This document shows positions 1 to 9,277 of a stretch of DNA of 42,266 nucleotides, one piece after another. The stretch lies in assembly GCA_040260805.1 (NCBI GenBank), contig JBDQPD010000019.1, positions 1 through 42,266 of the forward strand. Direction: 5' to 3'. Numbering within the stretch: position 1 is the first letter of the stretch; each line of letters opens with the position of its first letter. Made by a program: the position numbers and the translations under genes. The notes beneath the pieces are model-generated. The model saw only the letters and a list, made by a program, of their open reading frames with translations, made no database searches and was not told where the DNA came from. Origin of the DNA: Myxococcota bacterium (GTDB lineage Bacteria; Myxococcota; UBA4151).

Positions 1-486
1 CTCTACTTCATGGAGATGAACACGCGCATCCAGGTCGAGCACCCGGTGACCGAAGCGATCACCGGCGTAGACCTAGTTCGCCTGCAAATCGAGATCGCCC
101 GTGGGATGCGCCTCCCCTTCACGCAGGACGAAGTGCCAGGGCCCTTTGGTCATGCGATGGAGTTTCGCATCAACGCAGAGACATCCGATAAGTTCCTGCC
201 CTCGCCAGGATTGATCACCGCCTACGAACCCGCTGGCGGCATTGGGGTGCGGATCGATGGCGTGGCGCATGCAGGCTACACAGTGTTACCCCATTACGAC
301 TCGATGGTCGCCAAGTTGATCGTTCATGGTTCAGATCGTGACGAATGCATCGCACGTGCACGGCGAGCGCTTCACGAATACCGAATAGAGGGTATCTCGA
401 CGACGATTCCGTTTCATCAGCGACTGCTGGAAAATGAGCGCTTCTTAGCTGCAGACTACGACACCCACCTCATTGCGACGATGTAA
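1..486 (+). CDS. accC: Acetyl-CoA carboxylase biotin carboxylase subunit, C-terminal part (5'-truncated by window)
   Basis: Frame is open from base 1 (LYFMEMNTRIQVEHPVTE). Contains EFRINAE, FLPSPG and PHYDSMVAKLIVHG biotin carboxylase motifs. Stop TAA at 484-486. Confidence 0.93.
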   Translation, partial: LYFMEMNTRIQVEHPVTEAITGVDLVRLQIEIARGMRLPFTQDEVPGPFGHAMEFRINAETSDKFLPSPGLITAYEPAGGIGVRIDGVAHAGYTVLPHYDSMVAKLIVHGSDRDECIARARRALHEYRIEGISTTIPFHQRLLENERFLAADYDTHLIATM

Positions 487-3098
487 TGCTGTACGTCTTG
501 AGTCTGTTGATGCTGGTGGTTGCCGCGCCCAAAGCAAAGGCGCCGGTCGAGCGCTGCACCAACCTACTCGAATGCGAACTGTCATGCCCGGAAGTTTCGG
601 TTCAAGGTCAGCGTAAAAGCCCCACCGGACAAGAGATCACCTTCTGCGACCCTGTCGGCGAAGAGGTTCATTGGCACAACGAGCGCACTCGAGCCTCACA
701 GGGCGAGCGCTTCGGCGAACAACGCACCGGAAAATGGCGATTTTGGCACCCCAACGGACGACTCGCCTCGCAACAACACTTTGCGGACACTGGCGCGCCT
801 GATGGTCAGCAGAATTTTTGGTACCCAAACGGAACCAAGCAGCGTCAGGCTCAATACAGTGAGGGTGTTTTAGACGGGGACTACGCCACCTGGCACGTCA
901 ACGGTAAAAGGTCTGAAGCAAGGACGTATAAGCAAGGTAGCCTGACCGGTGAAATCAAACAGTGGCACCCCAACGGGCGCATCTCAGCCTCTGGCAAGGT
1001 CGACGGTCAAACAATCCACTGGGAGCGCTATTTTAACACCGGAAAAATCGGTTTAAAAGGAAGCGTTGAGGCGACCGGCGAGATCCTTGATTTGGGCGAC
1101 AACGTTCAGCCTACAGGAAGCTGGTCGATCTTCTCACCACGCGGCAAAGTGACCGTGAAGATGCAATTTCGTTCTGGCCGAGCGAGCGGAACCTACCAAC
1201 GCTTCTTCGCCAACGGTAAACCGATGATGGTGATGCCTTACAGAGACGGCAAGCCCAGTGGGGTCCATCAACACTATCACGCAAACCATCAGCTGAAGCA
1301 GAGTCAGGAGTTTGCAAAGCGCGGCAGAGGCAAACCCCATGGTCTGTTTAACCGTTATTACCCGAGCGGTGTTGAGCGAGAGTCAGGGACCTATCGAAAC
1401 GGCAAAAAGGACGGCGTTTGGAAGACCTTTCACCGCAACGGTCTGGTCGCCGAGGTCGACGATCACCGCTCCGCTCCGGCGCGTCGAATCAGCTACGACC
1501 GAGACGGTGCGAAGATTGCTCAAGGCGCCCTCAAAAATGGATTGAAACATGGCCCTTGGACCCACTTTGACAGCTTTGAAACGAAGCGCTCAGCAGGTTC
1601 ATATGACCGCGGCGTAAGGACTGGTTTGTGGCGGTTTTGGGGGGAGGACGGCAAACCACTCGCTAAGGGTGAGTTTGATACCAACGGACGACGCGTGGGT
1701 GCTTGGCGCTACGATCACCCCGGCGGCGGAAAATGGTTTTTGATCAAAGCGCTCAAAGCAACGACAAAAGGTGGTGAAGAGCGTTACCTGCATCGCGGTC
1801 GTGGCATCTCGGCGTGTGACAAAATGGCACAAGACGGGATCTGTGAGGGGCTGTCAGTCTTTGACACCAGCGATCGACTTCGAGTGCGCGTCACGCTGCC
1901 AGCGAATTGGCAGGCGGACGCCGCCAAAGCGTGCCGCAGCAGCCGAGGTCGAAAATTAGAGTTCTGTGATCAAGACCACGGCGATCTTCTGCACGCTATG
2001 GACGGCTTGGCCAAGCTGATCAGCAGGCGCCGCCTGCAACGTAAAGCCGACTGCTGGTCAGCCGGTGGAGAGCCAGAAAAGTGTCCCCCGATCAACCGTG
2101 GTTTGCTTCCATTCCAAGGAGAGGGGTCGCTTGAACGTCGGATCAAAAACCAAGGCAAATTACCCTTCTCTAGCTGCTCTGATGCCAAAAGCTGCAGCGA
2201 GGAATGCAAGACATGGGCAAAGGAAAATGACCCCTTTGCGACCATTTTTAAAGCCACCCGAAGCCGCAACGAACTTCGCTGCGCTCGCAGCGGTCCCTTC
2301 GTGACCTTTCATCGCCCTCGTGAACGACTGGCGTCCGCCTTGGGTGCCCGTGCGCTGCCTCACCGCCAAGCGCTTAAATCCGAATATCACGGGCTGTGGA
2401 CGGGCTTTCATCCCAACGGAGTGGTCGCCGCGAAAGGGACCTTCGATAAAGGGACTAAAGAGGGTCTTTGGACCCGCTGGCACGCCAACGGAACCAAAGC
2501 TTCGGAGACGACGTTTCGCGCAGGTTTAGAAGTCGGCGCAGCGAAAAGCTGGCATGACAGCGGCAAGCTCGATGCTATGGGCAGTTATCGATCGGGAATT
2601 CGTGTCGGCAAATGGCGCTTCTTTGATCACAGTGGCCAGCCCATGAGCAAAGGCGGCTTCGCTGCAGGAAAACGTCACGGCCCTTGGCTGCTCTACGACG
2701 CCAACGGCAAACCCGAGAGCAAAGGCAGTTACCAAACAGGGCGCTTGGTTGGACGGTGGACTTATTTCGATGATCGAGGACGTAAGAAGGCGCTGTGCAC
2801 ATGGACCCCCCAAGGCGATGCCGACCGGCGAGATTGCCGGCGTACCAACGGTATTCCGATCAGCAAGGGTCTGATCAAAGATAACTTAGAAGAGGGTTTG
2901 TGGACCTTTTTTCATCGCAACGGGCAAAAGCGATCTGAGGGCAAAATGCGCAACGGCGCACGCGTCGGGGTCTGGCGAACGTGGCATAACAGCGGGCGAA
3001 AGCAATCCAAAGGGCGCTACGCTAAGGGTCAGAAATCGTCTGGCTGGAAGTGCTGGAACGACCAAGGCCGAGCGGTAAAATGCAAGAAACCCGATTGA
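486..3098 (+). CDS. Secreted MORN-variant (YwqK-like) repeat protein with Cys-rich caps and spacer, 870 aa
   Basis: N-terminal hydrophobic signal MLYVLSLLMLVVAA. Many G-x-W-x-x-[WFY]-[HYD]-x-N-G...G-x-[YF]-x-x-G repeats. ATG overlaps the accC stop (TAATG). Confidence 0.85.
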   Translation: MLYVLSLLMLVVAAPKAKAPVERCTNLLECELSCPEVSVQGQRKSPTGQEITFCDPVGEEVHWHNERTRASQGERFGEQRTGKWRFWHPNGRLASQQHFADTGAPDGQQNFWYPNGTKQRQAQYSEGVLDGDYATWHVNGKRSEARTYKQGSLTGEIKQWHPNGRISASGKVDGQTIHWERYFNTGKIGLKGSVEATGEILDLGDNVQPTGSWSIFSPRGKVTVKMQFRSGRASGTYQRFFANGKPMMVMPYRDGKPSGVHQHYHANHQLKQSQEFAKRGRGKPHGLFNRYYPSGVERESGTYRNGKKDGVWKTFHRNGLVAEVDDHRSAPARRISYDRDGAKIAQGALKNGLKHGPWTHFDSFETKRSAGSYDRGVRTGLWRFWGEDGKPLAKGEFDTNGRRVGAWRYDHPGGGKWFLIKALKATTKGGEERYLHRGRGISACDKMAQDGICEGLSVFDTSDRLRVRVTLPANWQADAAKACRSSRGRKLEFCDQDHGDLLHAMDGLAKLISRRRLQRKADCWSAGGEPEKCPPINRGLLPFQGEGSLERRIKNQGKLPFSSCSDAKSCSEECKTWAKENDPFATIFKATRSRNELRCARSGPFVTFHRPRERLASALGARALPHRQALKSEYHGLWTGFHPNGVVAAKGTFDKGTKEGLWTRWHANGTKASETTFRAGLEVGAAKSWHDSGKLDAMGSYRSGIRVGKWRFFDHSGQPMSKGGFAAGKRHGPWLLYDANGKPESKGSYQTGRLVGRWTYFDDRGRKKALCTWTPQGDADRRDCRRTNGIPISKGLIKDNLEEGLWTFFHRNGQKRSEGKMRNGARVGVWRTWHNSGRKQSKGRYAKGQKSSGWKCWNDQGRAVKCKKPD

Positions 3099-3115
3099 AC
3101 TGACACTCGGCCGGC

Positions 3116-3143
3116 TTGACCTTTAGGTGGGCCTCAATACCTT
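3116..3143 (+). promoter_or_regulatory. Possible sigma70-type promoter for the TPR gene
   Basis: TTGACC (3116-3121), 16-nt spacer, TACCTT (3138-3143), in the short intergenic gap upstream of GTG 3157. Confidence 0.3.
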
Positions 3144-3156
3144 CTGCCTGTAAGGG

Positions 3157-5112
3157 GTGAGCTCTTTGGCTGAATCAAACCGTAAAACTCGACTCGAAGC
3201 AGCCGCCAAACTGGCGCAAAAAGGGCAGCTAGAAAAGGCGATCGACGCGTATCGAGCGCTCCGGGACGAAGACCCTTCAGAGATGCGGACTCAGCATAAG
3301 TTGGCTGAGGTCCTGGCTCGCGACGGGCAGCAAGAAGAAGCACTCGAAGTGCACATGACCGTTGCCGAACACCACACGCGCCAGGGGTTCTTCGCTCGAG
3401 CGGTAGCGGTCTATAAGCAAGCTCAGCGCTTGGCGCCTAACAACCCCAAGGTCCACAGTCGGTTGGCTGATCTGCACCTTAAGATGGAGCTCAAAGCTGA
3501 GGCGGTGGCGAGCCTGACCACAGCGGTCAGAATCCATCAAAAGGCAGGGGAAGATGGGGAAGCACTGCCCTTGCTTGAGCGCTTGGTCCAAATCGCCCCC
3601 GAGAACGTCTCCGCTCGGCTGCGGCATGGAGATGCTCTGATCAAAGCCGGACGCCGGGACCAAGGCGTTCAGAATATTCGCAGCGCCGCTAAGACGCTCA
3701 AAAGCCAAGGACGGCTTGCCGAGTTTATCAAAGTGGCTGAGCGCCTGATCAAACTCAAACCGAATGAGTCCAAGATGGTGTTGGCCGTGGCCAGAGCGCA
3801 TATCGAACAAGGTAACGCTCGGGCTGCTCTGGCTCGCATCCAATCGATCTTTAAGCGTGAACCCCGCAACCCGGACACGCTCGCTATTATGGCCGAAGCC
3901 TTCCTCGGGCTCGACCAGCCGAAAAAGGCGGCGCGGGTGATGCGTGAGCGCGCGTTAGTCTTTGAGCAAGCAGACGATAAAGACCAAGCTAAAGCTCTTT
4001 TTCAACAAGTCCTAGAGCTCGCACCGGGCGATCAAGAAGCCATGCGCTTCTTGCAACTCGACCCTGAGTTCGCAGGTCAGTCGCCAACCTTTCGCCAAGC
4101 ACCTGAGCCGCTCGAGCCCGTACGCTCTGAAGCGACGGGCATGTTCAATCGGCGGGAATCGACTCAAGTCAATCGGCTAGCTGCGGAAGCAGACAGCTTT
4201 TCCCGGTTGGGGTTATTAAGCCGCGCTCGCGACTGCCTGATCCGCGCAGTTCAAATGCGCAGTGAAGACATCAGCATGCGTGAGCGGTTGCTGGAGGCTT
4301 ACCTCAAGCTTGATGATAAATCAGGCGCCGTGCGCCAGCTGATTGCGCTGATTGAAGAGTCAGCAGCGCAAGGAAACACCGACCAAGAGCAGGCTTTTCG
4401 AAACCGCTTACAAGATCTTGGGAAAACGGTTGTGCGCAACAACCCCAAGAGCGGGTCGTGGAACACGGACGATCTGGATGGTTTACTTGCCGCAGCGACC
4501 GCTGAACTCGAGAGCGAAGAGCTTGATGTGTCGATGACTGTCGACCCTATCAATCAAGTGATCGCCGATATCGATTTAGCGGGAAAGCAGGGCAATCATG
4601 ACAAGGCGCTGCAGCTGCTTAGAGATGGCTTAGAGATCTTTCCCGACGACCCTGAGTTGCGCATCCGGTTGGAGCGACTCGAGGCGAAAGTCACAGCTCG
4701 CCCTGAAGGGCCGCGAGTACCGGACTTACCCAGCGGTATCCCCTCGCATTACGCAGAGATCCGAGATCAGATTAATAGCGGCGAAGCCCAAGCTGCCATC
4801 GACGCCTTGCGGGCATGGGTCGAGAAGGCTGTTCCTGGTCAAGCGACCGCCCATTATTTAGCTGGGATCGCACTTCAAGACCTCAACAAAACGCCACGCG
4901 GGATCAGCTTCTTAAAGCGCTCGCTGCACGGCGAAGACCTCCCCGAAGATCTGAGGATATTTGTTCATTACGAGCTCGCCTGCGCCTATCAAAGTATGGA
5001 GGATATGGATGAGGCGAGCTATTATCTGAAACGGGTTGTCCGCAGTGATCCTGAGTTTCTCGACGCCAACCGGCGTCTCGAGCGCATCACCAACGCGCCG
5101 CAACCCGCTTGA
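3157..5112 (+). CDS. TPR protein, SgmX-like (type IV pilus/motility regulator family)
   Basis: Tandem TPRs at the N-terminus (LEAAAKLAQKGQLEKAIDAY...GFFARAVAVYKQ...PENVSARLR) resemble my recollection of M. xanthus SgmX. C-terminal TPRs (YELACAYQ...RVVRSDPEFLDA). Located just downstream of accC. Confidence 0.75.
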   Translation: MSSLAESNRKTRLEAAAKLAQKGQLEKAIDAYRALRDEDPSEMRTQHKLAEVLARDGQQEEALEVHMTVAEHHTRQGFFARAVAVYKQAQRLAPNNPKVHSRLADLHLKMELKAEAVASLTTAVRIHQKAGEDGEALPLLERLVQIAPENVSARLRHGDALIKAGRRDQGVQNIRSAAKTLKSQGRLAEFIKVAERLIKLKPNESKMVLAVARAHIEQGNARAALARIQSIFKREPRNPDTLAIMAEAFLGLDQPKKAARVMRERALVFEQADDKDQAKALFQQVLELAPGDQEAMRFLQLDPEFAGQSPTFRQAPEPLEPVRSEATGMFNRRESTQVNRLAAEADSFSRLGLLSRARDCLIRAVQMRSEDISMRERLLEAYLKLDDKSGAVRQLIALIEESAAQGNTDQEQAFRNRLQDLGKTVVRNNPKSGSWNTDDLDGLLAAATAELESEELDVSMTVDPINQVIADIDLAGKQGNHDKALQLLRDGLEIFPDDPELRIRLERLEAKVTARPEGPRVPDLPSGIPSHYAEIRDQINSGEAQAAIDALRAWVEKAVPGQATAHYLAGIALQDLNKTPRGISFLKRSLHGEDLPEDLRIFVHYELACAYQSMEDMDEASYYLKRVVRSDPEFLDANRRLERITNAPQPA

Positions 5113-5197
5113 CGCCTGCCAAGAGTCAGCAGAAGAGACTACTCAGTTAAGGTTGACTGACCAAAGAACGAGGAACAACGTGCCAGTCGGTAATCCT

Positions 5198-5273
5198 GCG
5201 GGACTAACTCAGTTGGTAGAGTGCCAGCTTCCCAAGCTGGATGTCGCGGGTTCGAGTCCCGTGTCCCGCTCCA
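5198..5273 (+). tRNA. tRNA-Gly (anticodon CCC)
   Basis: 76 nt. Acceptor stem GCGGGAC/GTCCCGC, D arm ACTC-AGTTGGTA-GAGT, anticodon arm CCAGC-TTCCCAA-GCTGG, T arm GCGGG-TTCGAGT-CCCGT, U73 discriminator and encoded CCA. Confidence 0.97.
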
Positions 5274-5293
5274 TACTGCAACGGATCACTCGT

Positions 5294-6415
5294 TTGGGGT
5301 GGTCCGTTGTTCTTTTAAGCGCGCTCGCCTGTATTCCAGAAAGCGAAGAGGTCGCCTTTGACCAGGTCCCCAGTGACGGTGAATTGACCGTCTTGTCGGA
5401 AGGGGAAAAGGGTCTCAAGCGCTTAGATCCTCGCAACGGCTGGTGGCCGAGCGCCGCCTTCTCGGATGACGGCGTCTTGCATGTCGGTTGGTGCAACGGA
5501 CGAACCGGTTACGTTTGGTACGCGCGCCAGGGTCTGGATGGGCGCTGGGTCAAAGAACCCGTCGACACCTCACCAGGCGCCGGACGTTACGTCACCATGA
5601 CCCTCGGCCAAGATGGGCGACCCATTTTCGCCTACCAAGTCCAAGAGCTTGGGATTTATCGACTGCTCAGGCAGACCGAGACAGGCTGGAAACAGTCGCT
5701 CATCTCGAAGAACGATGGCGACGGACGCGGCGCCCGATTACTAGAAACCAGCGACGGTCGCTTGCACCTGATCTACTATGGTGCCGAGCTTGGGTTTTAT
5801 TACAGCCACACCGACACCAAGGGCGTGTGGTCGCACGAACTGATTTCAGCAAAAACCCAAGGCTCACATACAGTTCGCCCCGATCTTTTTGTGCACCCTG
5901 ACGGTCGGGTCACGGTGATGTTTGGCGACGCTCGCATGGTCAAGACGGGCTTGCAGCGTGGCGAGCGCGACCTCAAAGGGAAATGGACCATCAAGAGCAT
6001 TGATAAGATCCAGAGCCCGGGCCGCAGCGTGGTCTTTGTGGGTACCGGGAACGACCCGACCAAGGAGTGGGTCTACACCGTCAATGGCCGCGGTTGGATC
6101 AAGCTGGGCGCCACCGGCAAGAAGACCCGCTGGATCGCTCGTCATGCTTCGCTCGTTCGAGCGGGGCGCGACCAAGACGGTGAGTTGGTCATCCTGACTG
6201 GTGGTACGGATCGATCGCTTACACACCTGACAAGGCACGCTTTTTTGATTCGATACGACAAACGCCACAAGACCCATCGCCATTTCAAAATTGGCGATGC
6301 GACGGTCGTCCATACGGATTTAGCGATTAGCGCTAAGGGGCGTATTGTTTCGGTCTTTACTCACGAAAAAGATGGCACCTTGTTCGTTCACGACCTCAAG
6401 CCCGATCAATATTAA
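5294..6415 (+). CDS. Putative lipoprotein with BNR/beta-propeller-like repeats
   Basis: Lipobox-like LSALA-C (Cys codon at 5330). Repeating 'DGxLH[VL]...Y...G-W-x-x-E-x-[VI]' blade motifs. Start is uncertain (TTG 5294 chosen; the ORF-track start at 5036 runs through the tRNA). Confidence 0.7.
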   Translation: MGWSVVLLSALACIPESEEVAFDQVPSDGELTVLSEGEKGLKRLDPRNGWWPSAAFSDDGVLHVGWCNGRTGYVWYARQGLDGRWVKEPVDTSPGAGRYVTMTLGQDGRPIFAYQVQELGIYRLLRQTETGWKQSLISKNDGDGRGARLLETSDGRLHLIYYGAELGFYYSHTDTKGVWSHELISAKTQGSHTVRPDLFVHPDGRVTVMFGDARMVKTGLQRGERDLKGKWTIKSIDKIQSPGRSVVFVGTGNDPTKEWVYTVNGRGWIKLGATGKKTRWIARHASLVRAGRDQDGELVILTGGTDRSLTHLTRHAFLIRYDKRHKTHRHFKIGDATVVHTDLAISAKGRIVSVFTHEKDGTLFVHDLKPDQY

Positions 6416-6466
6416 TCTTGGGCCTGCAAACATTACGAACCGTGTTTCTTGCGCTACACAGTCACC

Positions 6467-7324
6467 ATGAAGCGCTTGAGCCCAAACATCAGCCGACTCA
6501 CCAGCGCCCTCGTGGCGGCGGTCGCTCTCTTGTGGGCTTTGATGGTCAACCTGCCCACACCAGGCTCTGCAGACCCTGTTCCTCCATCATTTGCTGAGGT
6601 TCGCCTGAAGGCTAAACTTGAAGAACCGAGCCTGCCCGAGGTCGACCTCCCTTTTCTCGCTCAAGACGAGCCCGAGACTCAAGAACGAGACAACCCAGAC
6701 GCGCGAACCGCCGATGCTTTTAATCGGCGAGTAGACAAAGAGACGATGGCGCGGCGAAGTCAGCCAGCGAAAACGAAACCAAAGCCCTCGAGCGTCACCT
6801 CAAAAGCCAGCCAGGCCAAACCCAATCAGCTCGAACTCGCATTGGATTTCCTAGGACAAAAGCCGGAGGGCTCATCGATTGATCTCTTTGATCTTCCCGA
6901 TGCAATTGGCGGGCCGCGACTTCCTCAGCTCGACGTCGCCGCTGGCGACAGAACGTGGCTGAGTTCTAGAAGCGTGCGCTACGGAGGCTTCTTCCGACGA
7001 CTCCATACAGCCATCTCACGCCAGTGGGACCCGGTTTCAGCGCTGCAAAGACGTGACCCGACTGGTCTGCTCTACGGAACCCAAGACCGGCAAACGGTCT
7101 TGCACTTGAGGCTCAACGAAAGCGGATACCTACTCGAGCAACCGCAGATCATCAGCGGCAGCGGTCTTCGGCTCTTAGACCAAGAAGCGATCCGAGCGGT
7201 CGTGGCGGCGGCTCCCTTCTCAAATCCACCAAGGGCGTTACTACGTAACGGGGTGATTGACCTGCACAGGTTCAGCTTTTACTTCGAGATAGACCGATCT
7301 CGATTTTACCTTCGCCGAGATTAG
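6467..7324 (+). CDS. TonB C-terminal domain protein (membrane-anchored, myxobacterial type)
   Basis: N-terminal TM helix and Pro/Lys/Ser-rich linker. C-terminal YGGFFRRLHTAISRQWDP...TVLHLRLNESG...SGSGLRLLDQEAIRAVVAAAPFSNPP TonB/TolA-C signature. ATG 6467 preferred to TTG 6449. Confidence 0.8.
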   Translation: MKRLSPNISRLTSALVAAVALLWALMVNLPTPGSADPVPPSFAEVRLKAKLEEPSLPEVDLPFLAQDEPETQERDNPDARTADAFNRRVDKETMARRSQPAKTKPKPSSVTSKASQAKPNQLELALDFLGQKPEGSSIDLFDLPDAIGGPRLPQLDVAAGDRTWLSSRSVRYGGFFRRLHTAISRQWDPVSALQRRDPTGLLYGTQDRQTVLHLRLNESGYLLEQPQIISGSGLRLLDQEAIRAVVAAAPFSNPPRALLRNGVIDLHRFSFYFEIDRSRFYLRRD

Positions 7325-7333
7325 TTTGGATCG

Positions 7334-9277
7334 ATGCCCAAACCTACCGCTTTTGGTCGCTACCTACTGCTCGATCGAATCGCCTACGGCGGTATGGCAG
7401 AAGTGTTTCGAGCGAAACAATTTGGCGAGGAAGGCTTTGATCGAATCATAGCGATCAAGCGTGTGCTCCCTTCGGTCGCCGACAACGAGCAGTTTGTCGC
7501 GATGTTTCGAGATGAAGCCAATATTACCCGGACACTGCAGCACGGGAATATCGCCCAAGTCTACGATTTTGGAAAACTCGACGGCAGCTACTACCTCGCC
7601 ATGGAGTACGTCTCCGGGCTCGATTTGAAGGCATTTTTTAACGCCTGTGAAAAACATGGAAAGCCGATGAACCCGGCGATTGCCGCTTTGGTCGTTCGAG
7701 AGGTGGCTCAGGGTCTCGGCTACGCCCACCGAGCCACAGACAGTTCTGGCAGTAGTCTCGGACTGATTCACCGGGATGTGAGTCCGCAAAATATTCTTCT
7801 GAGCTGGCAAGGTGAGGTCAAACTCGTCGACTTTGGAATCGCTAAAGCGCGCCAAAAGACTCAGCAAACAGACGCCGGCGTGCTCAAGGGTAAATTTGGC
7901 TACATGAGCCCAGAGCAGGTTCGAGGGCTGCCTTTATCGAATCGCTCGGATATATTCAGCCTTGGGGCTGTATTTTGGGAGTTGTTAACGGGCCATCGAG
8001 CCTTTGATCGCGAGAGCGACTATGCGACCATGGACGCGGTCCGAGCGGTCGATCTTCCGTCTTTTGAGCAAGCGGCACCCAACGTCCCCAAAGCGTTGCA
8101 GATCATCTGCCTCAAGGCGCTGCAAAAGGATGAAGAGGAACGCTACGCTCGAGCCGAACACATGGCACGGGACCTCACTCGCTGGCTCAGCTCTCAAGAT
8201 GAGCAAATCAGCCAACTCGAGCTGTCCAACCTCCTCACTGAAACGTTCCAGGCCGATCACAGCGACGAGCGCAAACTGCTCTCAGGGTATGAGCGCTATG
8301 ACGCCTCCTTGATCGAATCAGAGATTCGCGCCGCAGGGGGATCGAAAGCAACACCTGCGGTTCAAGTGGGCGTCAGCGCCAACGCAAGCCCTCCAAAACC
8401 GCAGCCAAGTCAAGTCGTGCTCACTGGGCCAGCGCCGGCGCGCACCCCCTCAGCGGTCAAGATGCGCGAGCCAGCACCAAAGCTTCCGCCTAAGCCTCGC
8501 TCAAAAATCCCGGTGCTCATGGGCTTGCTCGCCACCGTGGCGACCTTGGCGATCGGTTGGCAGGCGTGGCAGTGGTGGAGCACTCGCCCAGGCAGCCTGC
8601 AGATCTCTGCCATGCCGGCTAAAGTGAAGGTCTACGTCAATCGGGAACTGATGGGCGAAACGAAACCATCACCGGACGGGCGCGGCTCGTTAGTGATCGA
8701 GCGAATACCCCACGGTTTAGTGGACGTACTTCTTGAAGCGGATGGACACAGCAGCTTGTCTGAGAAGGTTCGGATTCGACCGGCTCAGACCTTCTCATGG
8801 CAACCGAACCTACCCAAAGAAGCGCTCCCTGACGGCAGCATTTTGCTCAACGTGAAACCGGCAAACGCTCGCATCACATTCGGTGATGAAGAGCATGTGC
8901 TGGCGGAAGGCAAGGTCAAGCTCAGCCTGGGCGATGGGCTCAAAAAGGTTCTTTATGTTCGAGCCAATAATTATCGCCCATTTCAACGCAAGATAGGCCC
9001 GCTCAAACCGGGCACTCAGCTGCCTTTGAATGTGGTCCTGAAAATGGAGCGGTGGAATCTCGAGGTCCAGCCCGACCCTCCGGATGCGAGGGTTAAGTTG
9101 ATCAGCGCTGGGTACGCCTCGATCGCCGGCGAAGGCGCACAGACGATGCGCGGGCTCAAACCTGGTGACAAGGTCAAGGTGTTGGTCTCGAAATCCAAAT
9201 GCAAACGCAAGAAACGGCGTGTCTCGAGCAATGGGAGCGGCGAACAAACCCTAAAAATCGCCCTGCGGTGCCGATGA
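7334..9277 (+). CDS. Membrane-spanning Hanks-type Ser/Thr protein kinase with PEGA-like periplasmic domains
   Basis: GGMAEVF, AIKRV, IHRDVSPQN, DFGIAK and GKFGYMSPEQ motifs. Pro-rich linker, one TM helix (IPVLMGLLATVATLAIGW), then PEGA-like GSLQISAMPAKVKVYVN modules. Confidence 0.93.
   Translation: MPKPTAFGRYLLLDRIAYGGMAEVFRAKQFGEEGFDRIIAIKRVLPSVADNEQFVAMFRDEANITRTLQHGNIAQVYDFGKLDGSYYLAMEYVSGLDLKAFFNACEKHGKPMNPAIAALVVREVAQGLGYAHRATDSSGSSLGLIHRDVSPQNILLSWQGEVKLVDFGIAKARQKTQQTDAGVLKGKFGYMSPEQVRGLPLSNRSDIFSLGAVFWELLTGHRAFDRESDYATMDAVRAVDLPSFEQAAPNVPKALQIICLKALQKDEEERYARAEHMARDLTRWLSSQDEQISQLELSNLLTETFQADHSDERKLLSGYERYDASLIESEIRAAGGSKATPAVQVGVSANASPPKPQPSQVVLTGPAPARTPSAVKMREPAPKLPPKPRSKIPVLMGLLATVATLAIGWQAWQWWSTRPGSLQISAMPAKVKVYVNRELMGETKPSPDGRGSLVIERIPHGLVDVLLEADGHSSLSEKVRIRPAQTFSWQPNLPKEALPDGSILLNVKPANARITFGDEEHVLAEGKVKLSLGDGLKKVLYVRANNYRPFQRKIGPLKPGTQLPLNVVLKMERWNLEVQPDPPDARVKLISAGYASIAGEGAQTMRGLKPGDKVKVLVSKSKCKRKKRRVSSNGSGEQTLKIALRCR

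Noticed and set aside
486..3098. YwqJK-type toxin-antitoxin system
   Set aside because: Only the generic MORN-variant repeat is present. No adjacent toxin or deaminase gene, and the protein is large and exported.
5036..5293. ORF-track N-terminal extension of the propeller lipoprotein through the TPR gene end and the tRNA
   Set aside because: It overlaps a canonical tRNA and buries the lipoprotein signal internally. Most likely a chance stop-free frame.
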